Of a stretch of 64,000 nucleotides of DNA, positions 40,810-53,497 are shown piece by piece. Each line of letters begins with the position of its first letter. The stretch's first letter is position 1. A model generated the notes under the pieces. It made no database searches, was not told the origin of the DNA, and was given only the letters and a program-made list of their open reading frames with translations. The stretch is from Eledone cirrhosa (Eukaryota): positions 161,014,001 to 161,078,000 of the forward strand of contig OZ024741.1 of assembly GCA_964016885.1 (NCBI GenBank). Direction: 5' to 3'. The position numbers and the translations under genes are program-made.

Positions 40810-40950
40810 CAGCATAGTTACGTCCCTTTACGGTCTGAGTTCAAATCCCGCCGAGGTTAACTTTGCCTTTCATCCTTACGGGGTCGATAAAATAAAGTAC
40901 CAGTAATGTACTGGGTATTTGCTGGCCTTGTACCAAAAGTAGAAACAATT
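40810..40950 (+). mobile_element. SINE family 1, 5'-truncated
   Basis: gagttcaaatcccgccgaggttaactttgcctttcatccttacggggtcgataaaataaagtaccag. Other copies lie at about 7215, 36130(-), 37880, 55490(-), 58520 and 58685. Confidence 0.85.
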
Positions 40951-41076
40951 ATGTGATTTATATTTGTGTACAAAATACTGTGTTTCTCACACCATGCGGT
41001 GTATAGTTTAACTAGCTCTCAAATTCCGACAGATATAAAGGTGTTTTGTACTGTGTTGGGACATATCTAAAGACGA

Positions 41077-41201
41077 TTCCTCAGATGATTAGTTTCGCGT
41101 CTTCCGTAGCTTTACCAAAATCGATAGTTGGTAATTGATAATTGATTACTTAGATCGATTTTTGCTTCGGTTTAGAAACTATGAAACAGCACCGTAAGGA
41201 A
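41077..41201 (+). ncRNA. Type I hammerhead with long stem II and one core substitution
   Basis: ttcct-CAGATGA-t-tagtttc...(ccgtagc/gcttcgg, aaaatcgat/atcgatttt)...gaaacta-t-GAAA-cagcaccg-TA-aggaa. Confidence 0.6.
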
Positions 41202-42140
41202 AATAATGGCTTTTCCATTTTAAGGTATTTACTCTTTTCTTAAATACTATGTGTACAAAATACTGAGTTTCTCAAACGATATATGGCTTTTTCTCTCTAA
41301 GTTGAATATATATATCGACAGTCGATCGACTTTCGTCAAATGGGACTTTCCAATTACTAATACTATCTATCGGTCGCAACTCCAGGTAGAAGGAGCACCG
41401 TGAAATAAAGTGTCTTGCTCAAGGACATAACCTATCGCCCGGTCCGGGAATCGTACTCACAACCTCACGATTGCGAATCCAATTCTCTAACCCAGTGAAT
41501 CTCAACCAGTGTGCCGCGAAATTTTGAACGGCGCACTAAGAAAATGCGAAAAACCGCGTGATCCCAATTGAGTATTCACAGTCTGTGGTGTGACATGTTG
41601 CACCACATAGCTTTGTTCATTTAGGGAAGAGCGAAATGTTTCCAAATGTCGCAATGCTAAAAATTCTATATCTTTTATTGTTTCTTTCGACATTAGTATT
41701 GATTATATGAATGGATATTGGTCAATACTTGTCTTAAGGTAGGAACCCGCCCCCCTCTCCGGAAGAAATAAAAATTTATTATATCATGCATCTTTTTTTC
41801 ACTGTTATGGTAGAATCTACCTCCAAAACTGAGACAAATGATATATTTCTGAGATATGACCAAAAATGGTTGAAAAATAGCGTAATTTTCAGAGTTGTTT
41901 TGAGAAAATCCAAATAAGCTATGAAAATGATTTTTACATTTTTAGAATCAGAAAACCAGTCATTGTATAGTAACAGAAGCCTTTTTTGATATTTTGGAAA
42001 AAAAAATGTTATCGTCATTAGTGTGCTGGACAGTAACAAAAATGAAAAAAATCATCTTTTGGGATAAAAGTGACTATAACATTTTTTCAATGCAGAATTC
42101 TTAAAAAACGCTTCTGTCACAATGAAGCTACTATTATAAG

Positions 42141-42324
42141 CGGTGGATTGGCAGTATTGGTAGAGGGTCGGACGCCATGCTTTGACGTATAGAGTTACGG
42201 CCCTTGCCATTCTGAGTTCAAATCCCGCCGAGGTTAACTTTGCCTTTCATCCTTACGGGGTCGATAAAATAAAGTACCAGTAATGCACAGGGTAATTGCT
42301 GGCCTTGTGCCTAACGTAGAAACA
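42141..42324 (+). mobile_element. SINE family 1, full length, nested in the hAT element
   Basis: A-box tggcagtattgg, B-box gttcaaatcc, TSD attataag (42133-42140 and 42325-42332). Confidence 0.9.
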
Positions 42325-42634
42325 ATTATAAGAAATATCTCCTCAAAATTTCAAACAAATCTATCGAGTAGATTTTCTGGAAAGAGCTTTGAAATTTTGA
42401 GAAGTACTCATTTTGAGAAAATTGCCTGTAAAGATTAGAAACACAAATGTCAGCTTCTACCTCTGTTTCGGAACAATCTATGGATGATTCCGATGATTTA
42501 GCTCAGAATTCTCTGGTTCATGCTACTTAATCAGTCCATGTTAGCTTCCCTTTACATATATTTTGTCTTGCTTCATCTCTATATGGCATAATTTCCTAAT
42601 TTTCTGGCGGATTATCCCATCGGAAGAGTGAGTT

Positions 42635-42715
42635 TGGCCGCCATGTTTACATTGTGATGGTGGAAGGCGTGGTCACGTGGTGTGTTGGACCAATCAGTGG
42701 GCGCCATTCGCCGAG
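42635..42715 (+). promoter_or_regulatory. Candidate transposase promoter
   Basis: Cluster of gccgccatgtt (YY1-like), ggtcacgtgg (E-box), ccaatca (CCAAT) and gcgccatt about 400-480 bp upstream of the transposase ATG; locally CpG-rich. Confidence 0.4.
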
Positions 42716-43116
42716 TGTAGCCGAAAATGAGCCTCGATGTGCATTTGCTTGCTCAATATGGGTCGATTTTCTGGCTTTTTACACCGGAGAGTTCCAGTGT
42801 TTCATCATCTTATGCTAATGAGGGTATAGTAGAGGTCTGTAGCTGTCTACTGGTGTGTGGAACATAGCAAAACTGGCGGATTTACGATGTGTTGTCAGTG
42901 CTCAAACATTGACTATTTTTGTGCGTAATACATCGAAAATTAATGATTTCCAGCTCGATGTCTCATAAAACATCAATTTTAGGTAGAAAGACATATTTTT
43001 ATTGTTTTGCTGTGTTTGTACACAAAAGAGAAGGCTTTGTGGGACCGAAAGACACTGTCATCTTAATAGAGATAATCCTACCCAAAACTGTCATTGATAT
43101 TCCATGACCCTTCACA

Positions 43117-44944
43117 ATGGATAAATATTGGAAAAGGAAAGATATTAGTGACGAGTCTAAGTCCAGAGGCGAACAACCATCAACCTCTATTGTCATAAAG
43201 AGAAACATTAATCGACAATATTGTGAACATTATTTGAAATTTGGATTTTATTGATCTGGTGACATTGACAAAACAAGTCCATCATGCGTAGTGTGCGGTG
43301 AAACAAAGTCAAATGAATCCATGGTACCAAGTAAGTTAGAAAGACATTTTAATTCAAAACATTCATCTCTGAAAGATACAGAGCTCGATTACTTTCAAAG
43401 ACTGTTAGAGCAGAAATCAAAACACGAAGATATTTTGAAAAATTAATGACCGTGTCTGAACGAACCCAACTAGCGTCAATTCAGGTGGCTGAAATAATAG
43501 CATTAAAATCTAAATCCCACACGCTTGCTGCGTCAGTCATCCTCCCAGCTTGCAAAAAGATGGTAAAATCCATGTTTGGTGAAAAGGCTGAGAAGGAATT
43601 GAACAATATCCCGCTTTCAAATGATACAATACGTAGAAGAATCCTAGATATATCGAAAAATATTGAAGACAATGTTCAGAAAAAGCTTAAGAATTCTATT
43701 TTGCTTTAACCGTGGATGAATCCACTGACATCAGTAATAAAAGTCAATTGCTTGCATTTGTACGTTTTATTGACGAGAATGAAATAATCAATCAGTTTTT
43801 GTGCTGTAAAGAAATATCCACAACTACAAGAGATCAAGATATTTTTGATTTGATAACAGGCTACCCCAAAGAAATGAATTTGTCTTGGAAGTCCTGTGTT
43901 GGCATTTGCACCAATGGAGCCCCATGTATGACAGGCTGTATTAAAGGATTTGTATCCTTCGTAGAAAAAGAAAATACAAATCTCATTCGTACTCGTTGCT
44001 TTCTTCATAGAGAAATTTTTGTTTCAAAAATATCGCAGGAAGATTTAAAGGTTGTGTTACATCAAGTTATTGGAATGGTCAATTGTATAAAAAGTAGGCC
44101 ATTGAAGTCACGACTATTTGAACAACTGTCCAAAAAGATGGACTCTCAGCATGTTAAGTTATTAATGCACACTGAGGTTCGCTGGCAGTCGAAAGGCAAA
44201 GTACTAAATCGTGTTCACGAACTGCACAAGGAATTACTATCATTTTTTTCTCTAGGAAAAGCAGGAGAAATTCTGTGAATACCTTAGTTGCGAATTTTGG
44301 ATGTCTAAAATGGAATACCTAACAGAAATATTTAGTGAACTAAATAAAACAAACAGTAGTATGCAAGGTAAAAACGAAAACATTCTCACTTCAACAGGCA
44401 AGTTAGTTGCCCTCAAAAAGAAAATTGTGATTTGGAAAAAAAGGGCAATCACTGGCAATCTTGATATGTTCCCTTTATTGCGTTCTACCCGCATTAGAGA
44501 AATGATCCCTATTGTGGTTACTCATCTGACAGCCCTGGACGAAAGCATCAACAATTACTTTCCGTCATTAAAGACAGAAAAGTATGATTGGATTAGAGAT
44601 CCTTTCATAAATCATTCTTCCAACATTGAACTTGAGTTACAGGAAGAAGAATTGGCCACCCTTTCTAGTGACCGAGGGTTAAAATTAAAACATTCAACTC
44701 TGCCCATTGATTCATTTTGGATTTCAAGAGGAGTATCCCATTATGTAAAAGAGCTTTAGCAATTTTATTACAATTTTCAACTTCTTATATATGTGAATTA
44801 GGCTTCTCAACATTAAACATCAAACACAAGAAGCGTGAGAGATTACGTACAACCGAAGAAGACACGAAGGCGGTGTGTCTGTCTCATATTCGACCAAGCA
44901 CTGAGGAAATTATGAATAAAAATCAGGCACAAATTTCTCATTAA
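43117..44944 (+). pseudogene. hAT (Buster/ZBED5-8-like) transposase pseudogene
   Basis: BED finger (YLKFGF, CVVCGE, PSKLERH..KH), PLSNDTIRRRI, DESTD, CTNGA, CFLH, TEVRW, YICELGFS; several frameshifts and stops. Confidence 0.92.
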
Positions 44945-45751
44945 AGAAGCCAACTATTTGACTGATGAAATTCGAAACACTGCAATAAAGTAAGTTCATG
45001 GGTGTGTTTTTCTTTATTTAGTTTGAGTCATTCTATGTGTCTGTCTAGTCTGTGTCTACGGTTGTATGCTGTCTATGATTTGCCATCTTTTTATTTTTCA
45101 TATATATTTAGCCAGGTGTGCCGCTATTTTTTTTCATGTGTTCCAAGGTATGCCGTTGGCAAAAAAGGTTGAGAACCACCGTTCTAACCACTTAGCCCCC
45201 CCCCCACACACACAGACACACATACACACACACACGTGTGTGTGTGTGCACTGCGAGTGTTTGCGTATACATATGCATATAAACATTTTTTATAGAACAA
45301 TGCCAATTGTACGTATGGGAGATTTTTCAAAGCGCTTTTGAAAAACGACTTATATAGAATTTATGTAGCCTACAATTTTTTCCCTTTTTCACACACAGAT
45401 TTAAATCTTTGCAATGTTTTATTTACATATACCCTTTTGACAGAATAGAACACTGGAGAATTTTCTATTGTCAAAACATTCCCTGAAAGAAATTACATCA
45501 ACACTAGGAAAGTGTTGATGTAATTTCTTTGTGACCAAAATACAAACAGAAACAAACGTATTCACACAGAGACGATAAGTTACTTCAAAGAGTAACTGCA
45601 TATAAAACGTCTTTTTACATTGTAAACAGCTTAAAGACGGCAGCAAAATTAACAACAAAGTTCGTATTTTTTTATTTCCTTTTTTTTTCGAGTTAATATT
45701 TAAAATAATTTTTTTTAATTCTTTATATATTATTACTTATTTGTTTACTAG

Positions 45752-46206
45752 GGCGGTGGATTGGCAGTATCAGTAGAGCGTTGGACGACATTTGCAACAT
45801 ATAGTTACAGTCATTTATGTTTTGAGTTCAAATCCAGTCAATGTTACCTTTGCCTTTCATACTTACGGGGTCGATATAATAAAGTACCAGTAACGCACTA
45901 GGGTCGATTTAATCGACTTTCCCCTTCCACAAATTTCTTGGCTTTGTGCCTAATACAGAAACTATTATTTATGTATATTTATTATACATAAACATATCGG
46001 TGGATTGGCAGCATGGGTAAAGCGCCGGAAAACATGCTTTGCGGTACAGAGTTGCGTCCCTTTACGTTCTGAGTTCAAATCCCATCGAGGTTAGCTTTGC
46101 CTTTCATCCTTACGGGGTCGATAAAATAACGCAGTAACGCACCGGGGTTGATTTAATCAACTTTCCCCTCCCCGAAAATTGTTGACCTTGTACCTAAATT
46201 AGAAAC
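45752..46206 (+). mobile_element. Two head-to-tail family-1 SINEs
   Basis: Copies at about 45752-45963 and 45998-46206; the second has a 20-bp TSD tattatacataaacatatcg (45980-45999 and 46207-46226). Confidence 0.88.
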
Positions 46207-48018
46207 TATTATACATAAACATATCGCATATGCCACATTACACCTCTATTATGAATCACTCTGTTAGGGCTACTGGTAATACAGGGTATGGATCCCTTGG
46301 GACACTGGAGATGCCTAGGAGTGGTGGTGACCACCCCCACAACAGAGACATACAGACCCTTGATGTTTGTAATTCAATACAATGTGTGTTCTGTTCTGTA
46401 CTCAAAACTCAATGAAGAGTAGGGAAGAGAATAGCACACACATAAACACATACATACACACACAAATATGTTCCCACACACACACAAACGCACACCTACA
46501 TATACACATATGCACACGACCACTCACATACACACACACACAAACAAACACATAAAGATATATATATATATATATATATATATGAATTATAAGAATCAAA
46601 GAACTGTTCAAAACATTTTTATGCTTACAGCTGTTTCCTCCAAACCGAGGTTTGGATTCTTCGGAGCAATTTATTATTGAATGAACACTTATATGACCTC
46701 CTTTTCACCCAAGAGACATACAGATACATATGCAAATATTGTGGGTCAACATTCATTATAGCATTTAGTGTGGCAGTACACATTTAGAGATTACATTCAT
46801 ATTAAAAGATACAATCAAAAATACAATCAAAAATACAGGCTAAAATACAACATGAAATTAAGCGGTTATAGAGTGCAAAGGTTATATGTGTGGCAAGCAC
46901 GTGCGTCTTGTTTATATAGTGTGGCAGAGAGTTACGTGTAATAGAAGCACTTAAGCAGGTAATCGAGAGTGTTAAGGTGGTTGATCTGGTGATGAATTCT
47001 TTATATGATTGTTATAGCCTGTGTGTGGAGAAATAATATAAGTATTAAAAATAGTGTAAGCATTAAAAATATTGGAAATGCGTAGCGAAGCGATGATATG
47101 GATTTCATGCACTGCGGCATTTTCATAGTCTGGGGAGCGTATTTTTCAGATTATATGCCCCTCACATAATCCACGACGGTTCGATATTGGGCGTTTGACA
47201 ATCCAGTTAGAGAATCGTAGTCTGATGTTCTTTAGCTCAATACAGGAGGGTGTTACGTTGCGAGAATCGACATCGAAATACTACCCGGAAGTGTGTGTGT
47301 GGCTAAGGGGAGTTAATGCATGAGGGGATGTAACTCAGTGGTTTCTATTACTAACTATTAAATTGTGTCTCAAAATAGACCCTAACTTATATGGTTATGT
47401 GTAGTTTCTACAAAATTTCTAAAGATTTAAAGTGTTTTAACTATAGAGTAGTCTATTAAGTTGTGCTGAAGGTGTTCTTATTATGGTGCTTAATCCCTAT
47501 CGTAGAGTGCCACAAATGAATATTATACACGACGAGCGAGAATTCTAAATTAATGATCTCTGTGATTGCAGTCTACTCAAAGAACCAGGCAAGGTGATTG
47601 CAGAATCACTTCAACACACAATGATCCGTGGTAAGTTCCGGGTCAGTGCTTGCTACATTGGATGTCGAAAGATAATCATCACCAGGGCCGACCAGAGGTC
47701 AATCCACATTAAGATGATACCTATCAGTTATATATAACATAATAAAATACAATAAATAAGTTACTGATAATATTGTTAAAAATTAAGGTTTTAGATCAAT
47801 TATTATAACAAGGTCATGTAACACATATAAATATATAAGTCAAACTTCATGAATCATACGGATAAAAATCTGATACAAAGTGAAAAAGGGAATTGTCTGC
47901 GATCTTAAATTTTTTAATAAATTTATATAGTAGTATAATGTGTCTGCAAACATGAGAAAGCGAAAGCCTAAGGATTTCATTGACCCGAAGGTAACCCAAA
48001 TTTAATTAAATAAAATAA

Positions 48019-48220
48019 AATAATAATCAGTTATATAACTTAGAAAATTTAGAAAATATTTAGAACATACTTAACGATTATAACACTGGAAAATCATTAA
48101 AGTTTCTAAAGTACTTATCAATAATAATCGTTATATAACTTAGAAAATTTAGAAAATATTTAGAAAATATTTAACGATTATAACACTAGAAAGTCATTAA
48201 AGTATTTAAAGTACTTATAA
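48019..48220. repeat. ~101-bp AT-rich tandem duplication
   Basis: aataataatc.gttatataacttagaaaattt...aaagtactta occurs twice. Confidence 0.8.
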
Positions 48221-48665
48221 ATGTAATTGGAAGCATGTTATTATACTAGATATACAGATTTGTTCAAATATAAATAGAGTATTCCAGATATTAGTGTTTG
48301 ATATACATATAATAAATAATTAGTACAATCATTGTTAGTAATGTTATAATTGAAGTTTTACATCAACAACTTAAACTGCTACCACCACAAGGCTATGGTC
48401 AACACTAAAAGAGAAAGAAAGAAAACTAGACAAAAATGTGAACTTTTCTCCCTAAATATATATGTAAAAACTAATTTTTTTCTCCATATTCTTATTATTC
48501 TTATTAATATGCAATTTAATTGCATTATACACTTCCGTCGTTGAAAAAGCATATAGGCTGAAACTGGTACAATTAAATGCGGAAATTCATATTTTGTAAA
48601 TAAATGTTTTGATGTTATTCTGAAAGAAAATCCCTTTAGCATTTTCCACTGTTTTTTTCCTTTTT

Positions 48666-48715
<50 letters not shown>

Positions 48716-48718
<3 letters not shown>

Positions 48719-51700
48719 GGAAAAATTTGAACAAGGACAAAACAGAGAGGCAGTACAACGAATGTTTATTAATTTCACGCTCTGGAGAGTGGGGTGTTGG
48801 TGGGGGAAGACGTTTCGGCCATAAGCCCTTCCTCAGGTGGGAAGTGTGTGGGACAGAGTTCAAAGGGTGTGTAGGGGAGTGGTGGAGAGACATATAGCGA
48901 AAGGAAACGGTGCGAATGAAAAAATAAAAAATAAAGATAAAAATAAAAATAAAGCATGATCAAAATACAAGGAATGAGATAAATTTAAAAATAAAGGCAT
49001 GATCAAAATAAACTGAAATTAAAAGGGGGGTAAACAGGTGGTGGAAGGGTGTGGGGTGCGTAGGGGTGGTGGCGGGTGGAGTGGGGAGAGGGAGACGGGG
49101 TGTCCGAGCGGGGAGGGCTGAAGGTGGTGTGTGTGTGTAGGTGTGCGTGTGTGTGTATGTGAAAGTAAGGGTTGGGGGAAGAACGGGGTTGCATGTTCAG
49201 GAAGAGGTGTGTGTGTGGGGGGGGGGGGGGGGGTCGGAGTGTCTGTGCGTGTGTGGATAGAGGGGTGGGGGTGGAGAGGAATCAGGAGGCTGAGGGTGTA
49301 AATATGTGGTGGAAAGTACGTGTGTGTGGGGTTTAAGCGTGTTGTGGGTGTAGGTGGCGTGTGGAGAAAAATTTTTTTTGGGGTGTGTGTGTGGGTGAGT
49401 TATATAGGTGATTACGTAAGAGGATGGTTGAAAAGTTGGTAAATTCTGAAGATGTTTAGTGGATTGGTTGTTGGTCAATTTCTGCGTGTGGGTATTCCAT
49501 GAAGCGATGGTCGGAAGAGGAGAGATGTGGGGTGCGCGCGCAACAGGAAGTGGTCAGCAGTGGGAGTGCTGTGGTCTGTTTGTGCTGGGAGGTGGTCAGA
49601 GGGCATAGCAGCAGTCGGTGGAATGGTAAAGGGGCGAGGATGGGTAGGTGTGAAAGTTGGAGTGAGGAGGGTGTGTGTGTGTGTATTAGTAGGGGTGTTA
49701 GTGGGATGAGTGAGTGTGGAGCGAGGGTGTGGGTGGAGAGGGGAGAGAAGGGTGTGTGTGGTTCTATGGAGGGAGTGTGGTGTACTGGTGTGTGTGTAGT
49801 TTGATGAAGAGGTGTTAGTGGGTGTTAGTATACGGGAGGTGGGGAGGGGTTGAATGCAGGTGTGAGTGGGGGTTAGTGGTGGTAGGGTGTGTAGAGTTGG
49901 TGGTGTACGAGGGTGTGTGGGTACGTGTGCGTGGGGTTGGGGGGTGTTAGTGATGTTAGTTGCGTGTGGGGTGGGTGGTGTAAGTGGGTGCGTGTGTTCG
50001 TGTGCTTGGGGTTAGGGATGTTAGTGAGGTTAGTTGCGGGGTGGTGGGATGGAGGTGTGGGGGTGAGAGGTGTGGGTGTGAGGGTTAGTGGTGGTAGTAG
50101 GGTGTGTGTTTAGTGTGAGCGCGTGTATATATGTGCCGGTGGGTGTGTGCGTGTGATAAGGAGGGGGGAGGAGGAGAAGAGGGATGTTAGTATGTTAGTT
50201 GGGGAAGGGTGGTCAGATGGGGGGTGGAGTGGAGGTGTTAGTATTGTTAGTTGTGGGGTGGGCGGTGAAAAGGAGGGGTGTGTTAGTGGTGTTAGTGGGG
50301 GATAAGTGTGGGGGGAGGGGGCGGTCGAAGGCTAAAGGAATAAGGGTGGGGAGTTCAGGCCGGGGGGAGTGTGGGTCTGTAAGAGGAAGATAGTTCGTTG
50401 TTCGACCGTAAGGCGATTGGCGGGTGTTCCGTGACACTGGAGTAGGCCACAGACTGTGAGATGGTGTGCGGAATGTCCAGGGCCACCAAAGTGGCGGGCG
50501 ATGGGGGAACTGCCCCCGAGACGAATATCCCGGAGGTGCTCCGTGACTCGGTCCGCCAGGCGACGTCCCGTCTGTCCGACATAAGTCCGTAGACTAGGTT
50601 GGAGGAGGTGCAGCGGAAGGCATGCCGGACCGAGAGAGAGTGGCCGTTGGGACCCTGGAAGGTGTTGGTGATGTGGGGACAGGTGTTGCAGCGGGGCCTA
50701 GAACAGGGAAAGGAACCGGGGGGAGGAAACAGAGCGTGGGTTGGGGGGTAGGGAGCTGTGGACGAGGAGGGTGCGGAGATTGCGTGCGCGTTTGAAGGAG
50801 GGGAGTGGTGGGGTTGGGAAGATGTGGGAGGTGGAGGGGTCGGACTGGAGGCGTCGGAAGAGGCGGCGGATGGTGCGGTGGAGGGGTAAGGTGGAGGGGT
50901 GGTAGGTGATGGGGAAGGGGAGACGGTGGGTGGGTGTGCGGTGGCATGGGGTGAGGGTGGTGGAGCGGGGGACAGCACGGGCGCGGGTGAGAGCGGTGTG
51001 GACGAGAGAGGGGGGTAACCTCTGCGGATGAAATGGCTGACTAGGGAAAGGGCCTGGGACTCAAAGTCAGCATCACGGCTACAGAGGCGGCGGATCCTGA
51101 GAAGTTGGGAGTAGGGAATGGAGTGTTTAGTGTGGATGGGGTGGGAAGAGGTGAAGTCGAGGTAAGAGTGGGAGTCGGTGGGTTTGAAGAAGGCGGAGGT
51201 GACGAGGGAGTGGTGGGAGGGGTCGAAGGCGACGGAGATGTCTAAGAAGTGGACGTGGGTGGTGGAGATAGAGGTGGTGAAGTGGAGGGAGGGGTGGAAG
51301 GAGCAGAAGAAGGAGAGAAAGGAGTCGAGCTGTTCTCGGGTGAGGGTCGTGGCTCCGATACAGTCGTCAATGTAACGACCGTACAGTTCGGGCGTGGGGC
51401 CTCAACATGGCCAACAAAAAGGTTGGCATAGTTCGGGCCCATTCTTGTACCCATGGCTACCCCTGTGACCTGTTGGTAAAACTCACCCGAGAAGGAGAAA
51501 CAATTCAGGGCGAGGACCAGCTCGGCGAGGCGAAGGAGGGTGGGGGTGGAGGGAATGGGGGAGGGGCGAAGGTCGAGGTAGTGTTTGAGGGCGCGAAGGC
51601 CGTCGGCGTGGGGGATGACTGTATAGAAGGACTTGATGTCTAGGGTGAAGAGGAAGGGCTGTGGGCCGGGTGGGTAGGTGAAGGAGTCGAAAAGGCGCAG

Positions 51701-53379
51701 GGCGTGGTTGGTGTCGGAGATGTGGGAGGGGACGGTGGTGACAAGGGGGACGAGGAGGGAGTCGAGAAAGGCGGAGATGAGTTCGGTGGGGCAGTTGCAA
51801 GCGGAGACGATGGGGCGGCCGGGGTTGTCGGGTTTGTGGAGTTTGGGGGGAAGCGGTGGGGGGAGGAGGGAGGAGGCGATAAGGTCTTTGATGGTGGAGG
51901 AGACTTGTTGTTGGTAGAGGGGGGTGGGATCGGAGAGTAGAGGGCGGTAAAAGAGGGGGTTACAGAGCTGCCTGAGGGCTTCGGCCGTGTAGAGGTCCGC
52001 GCGCCACACCACTACGGCGCCTCCCTTGTCCGCCGGTTTGATGACGATGTCATCTCGGCTACGGAGGGAGCGGAGAGCGAGGAGTTCGCCCCGTGAGATA
52101 TTGTACCGTTTGGAACGGTGGCGGAAGTCGAAACGATTTACTTTGCTACGGCTGGCATAAACGAAGGCGTCCAGGGTGCTAAATTGCCCTGGGGCCGGCG
52201 TCCAAGAAGATGGTCGTCGGCCCAGGGCGAGAAACGGGTCTGGGGCGTCCGGAGCCGGTGGCGTTCGGCCGAAATGTGCCTGTAGCTTAGTGCGTTGCAC
52301 GAATCGCTCGACTTCCGTTCGGGTGCGGAACTCGTCGCTGTGCGGAGTGTGGGGTATGAAGCGAAGGCCTCTACTAAGGAGTGAGCGCTCAGGTGCGGAG
52401 AGGGGGAGGTCAGGGGGTATGGTGACAACAAGGGGTGGGGTTTGGATGTTTGGGGGGAAGGGAGGGTGTGGTGAGGGGTGAGGTGGAGGGTGGAGATTGG
52501 GTAGGGGTGTGGGTCGAGGGAGAGGTGGCGAGTGGTGGGCGTATGAGGATGGGCGGGTGGTGGTGGATGGGGGGAGGGGAGGGGGGGAGTGAGTGTAGCT
52601 TGCGGGCTTTGGTGGAGCTGAGGAACGAGAAGAGGTTGTGGTTGAGGTTTTGGATGAAGGAGAGGATGGCTTGGGCGAGGAGGGGGTGGCAGGTGGAGTT
52701 AAGGCGGAGGAGGGTGGGGGTCAGTTGGTGGTCAAGTTGGCGGAGGGTGGAACGGGAGGCGCGGATGGAGTTGCGCATCAGGAGGCGTGAGGATCGGGTG
52801 AGGATACGTTGCGTGGAGGGGGAAGCGGCGGAGGAAGGGTGGAAGTGTAGACGGAAGCCGAGAGGGATAAGGTGGAGGCGGAGGCAGTGGCTGAGGAAAT
52901 GGATGTGGCTGGAGTGCCGGGTTTTGGCGAAGAGAAGGTAGGAGAGTTGAAGGGCGGAGGGGAGATAGCAGGGTGGGAGGAGGGGGTGAGGAAAAGTTTG
53001 AGGCGATTATGTAGTTGGTGGAGAAAGGATCTCAGGTTGGGCATGATGGGCGTTGGGTGAAAGCAGGGGGAGGGATGAGAAGGCAGGGGTGTGAAGCGGG
53101 GTGGAGTGAACGAAGGGGTGAGTGCGAAGGATAGGCAGAGACGGGGAAGGGAAAATGAAACAGAAAAACGTAGGGAGGAGGGAGTAAACACAGGAAAATT
53201 AAAGACAAAAAATCATAAAGGTAAAAACACAGGCAAAGAATCTTATACGGAAAAAAACAAGTACAGTAACAAAATCAAACGGAGGTAATGCGTGGAAGGA
53301 AAGACCAAGTGTGGGAAGGTGTGTAAAGTTCGGAGAAAGGTCACGGCGGATTAGATCGGGGTTGAGCCGGTAGTTAAGT
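48716..53379 (-). mobile_element. GC-rich Neptune-like PLE, degenerate ORF about 53045-50330, long AC-rich 3' region, flanked by (TA)n
   Basis: IVIKPADKGG, PKLHKPDNPGRPIVS, LDIKSFYT, GVAMGT, YGRYIDD, FLDI, CSRPRCNTCP, CTSSNLVYG, YVGQTGRRLADRVTEH; (TA)n at 48669-48715 and 53380-53402. Confidence 0.9.
48809..48836 (-). ncRNA. Hammerhead-like core near the 3' end of the GC-rich PLE
   Basis: CTGAGGA-a-gg(gcttatgg)cc-GAAA-cg-TC; stem I not evident. Confidence 0.4.
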
Positions 53380-53497
53380 TATATATATATATATATATAT
53401 ATGTAGATAAATCTACCAAAAGTTTACGGTAGTGTCCAATCCGTATGAAGAACTCAATGTAATCCGGATATCCGGATATATATATATATATATATAT

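Larger units (their letters stand above)
41493..45181 (+). mobile_element. Full-length Buster/Charlie-type hAT DNA transposon (inactive), inserted into a family-2 SINE
   Basis: TIRs cagtgaatctcaacc / ggttgagaaccaccg; 8-bp TSD ctctaacc / ttctaacc with central TA; the interrupted SINE continues as acttagcc after 45189. Confidence 0.9.

Noticed and set aside
42141-42235. tRNA gene
   Set aside because: The A and B boxes belong to a multi-copy SINE head with TSDs; no full cloverleaf.
47200-47286. Hammerhead-like gtagt-ctgatgt...gaaat-actac
   Set aside because: Core is altered and there is no stem III or cleavage triplet.
49499-52941. Plus-strand G/V/R/W-rich ORFs
   Set aside because: Antisense shadows of the C-rich PLE on the minus strand.
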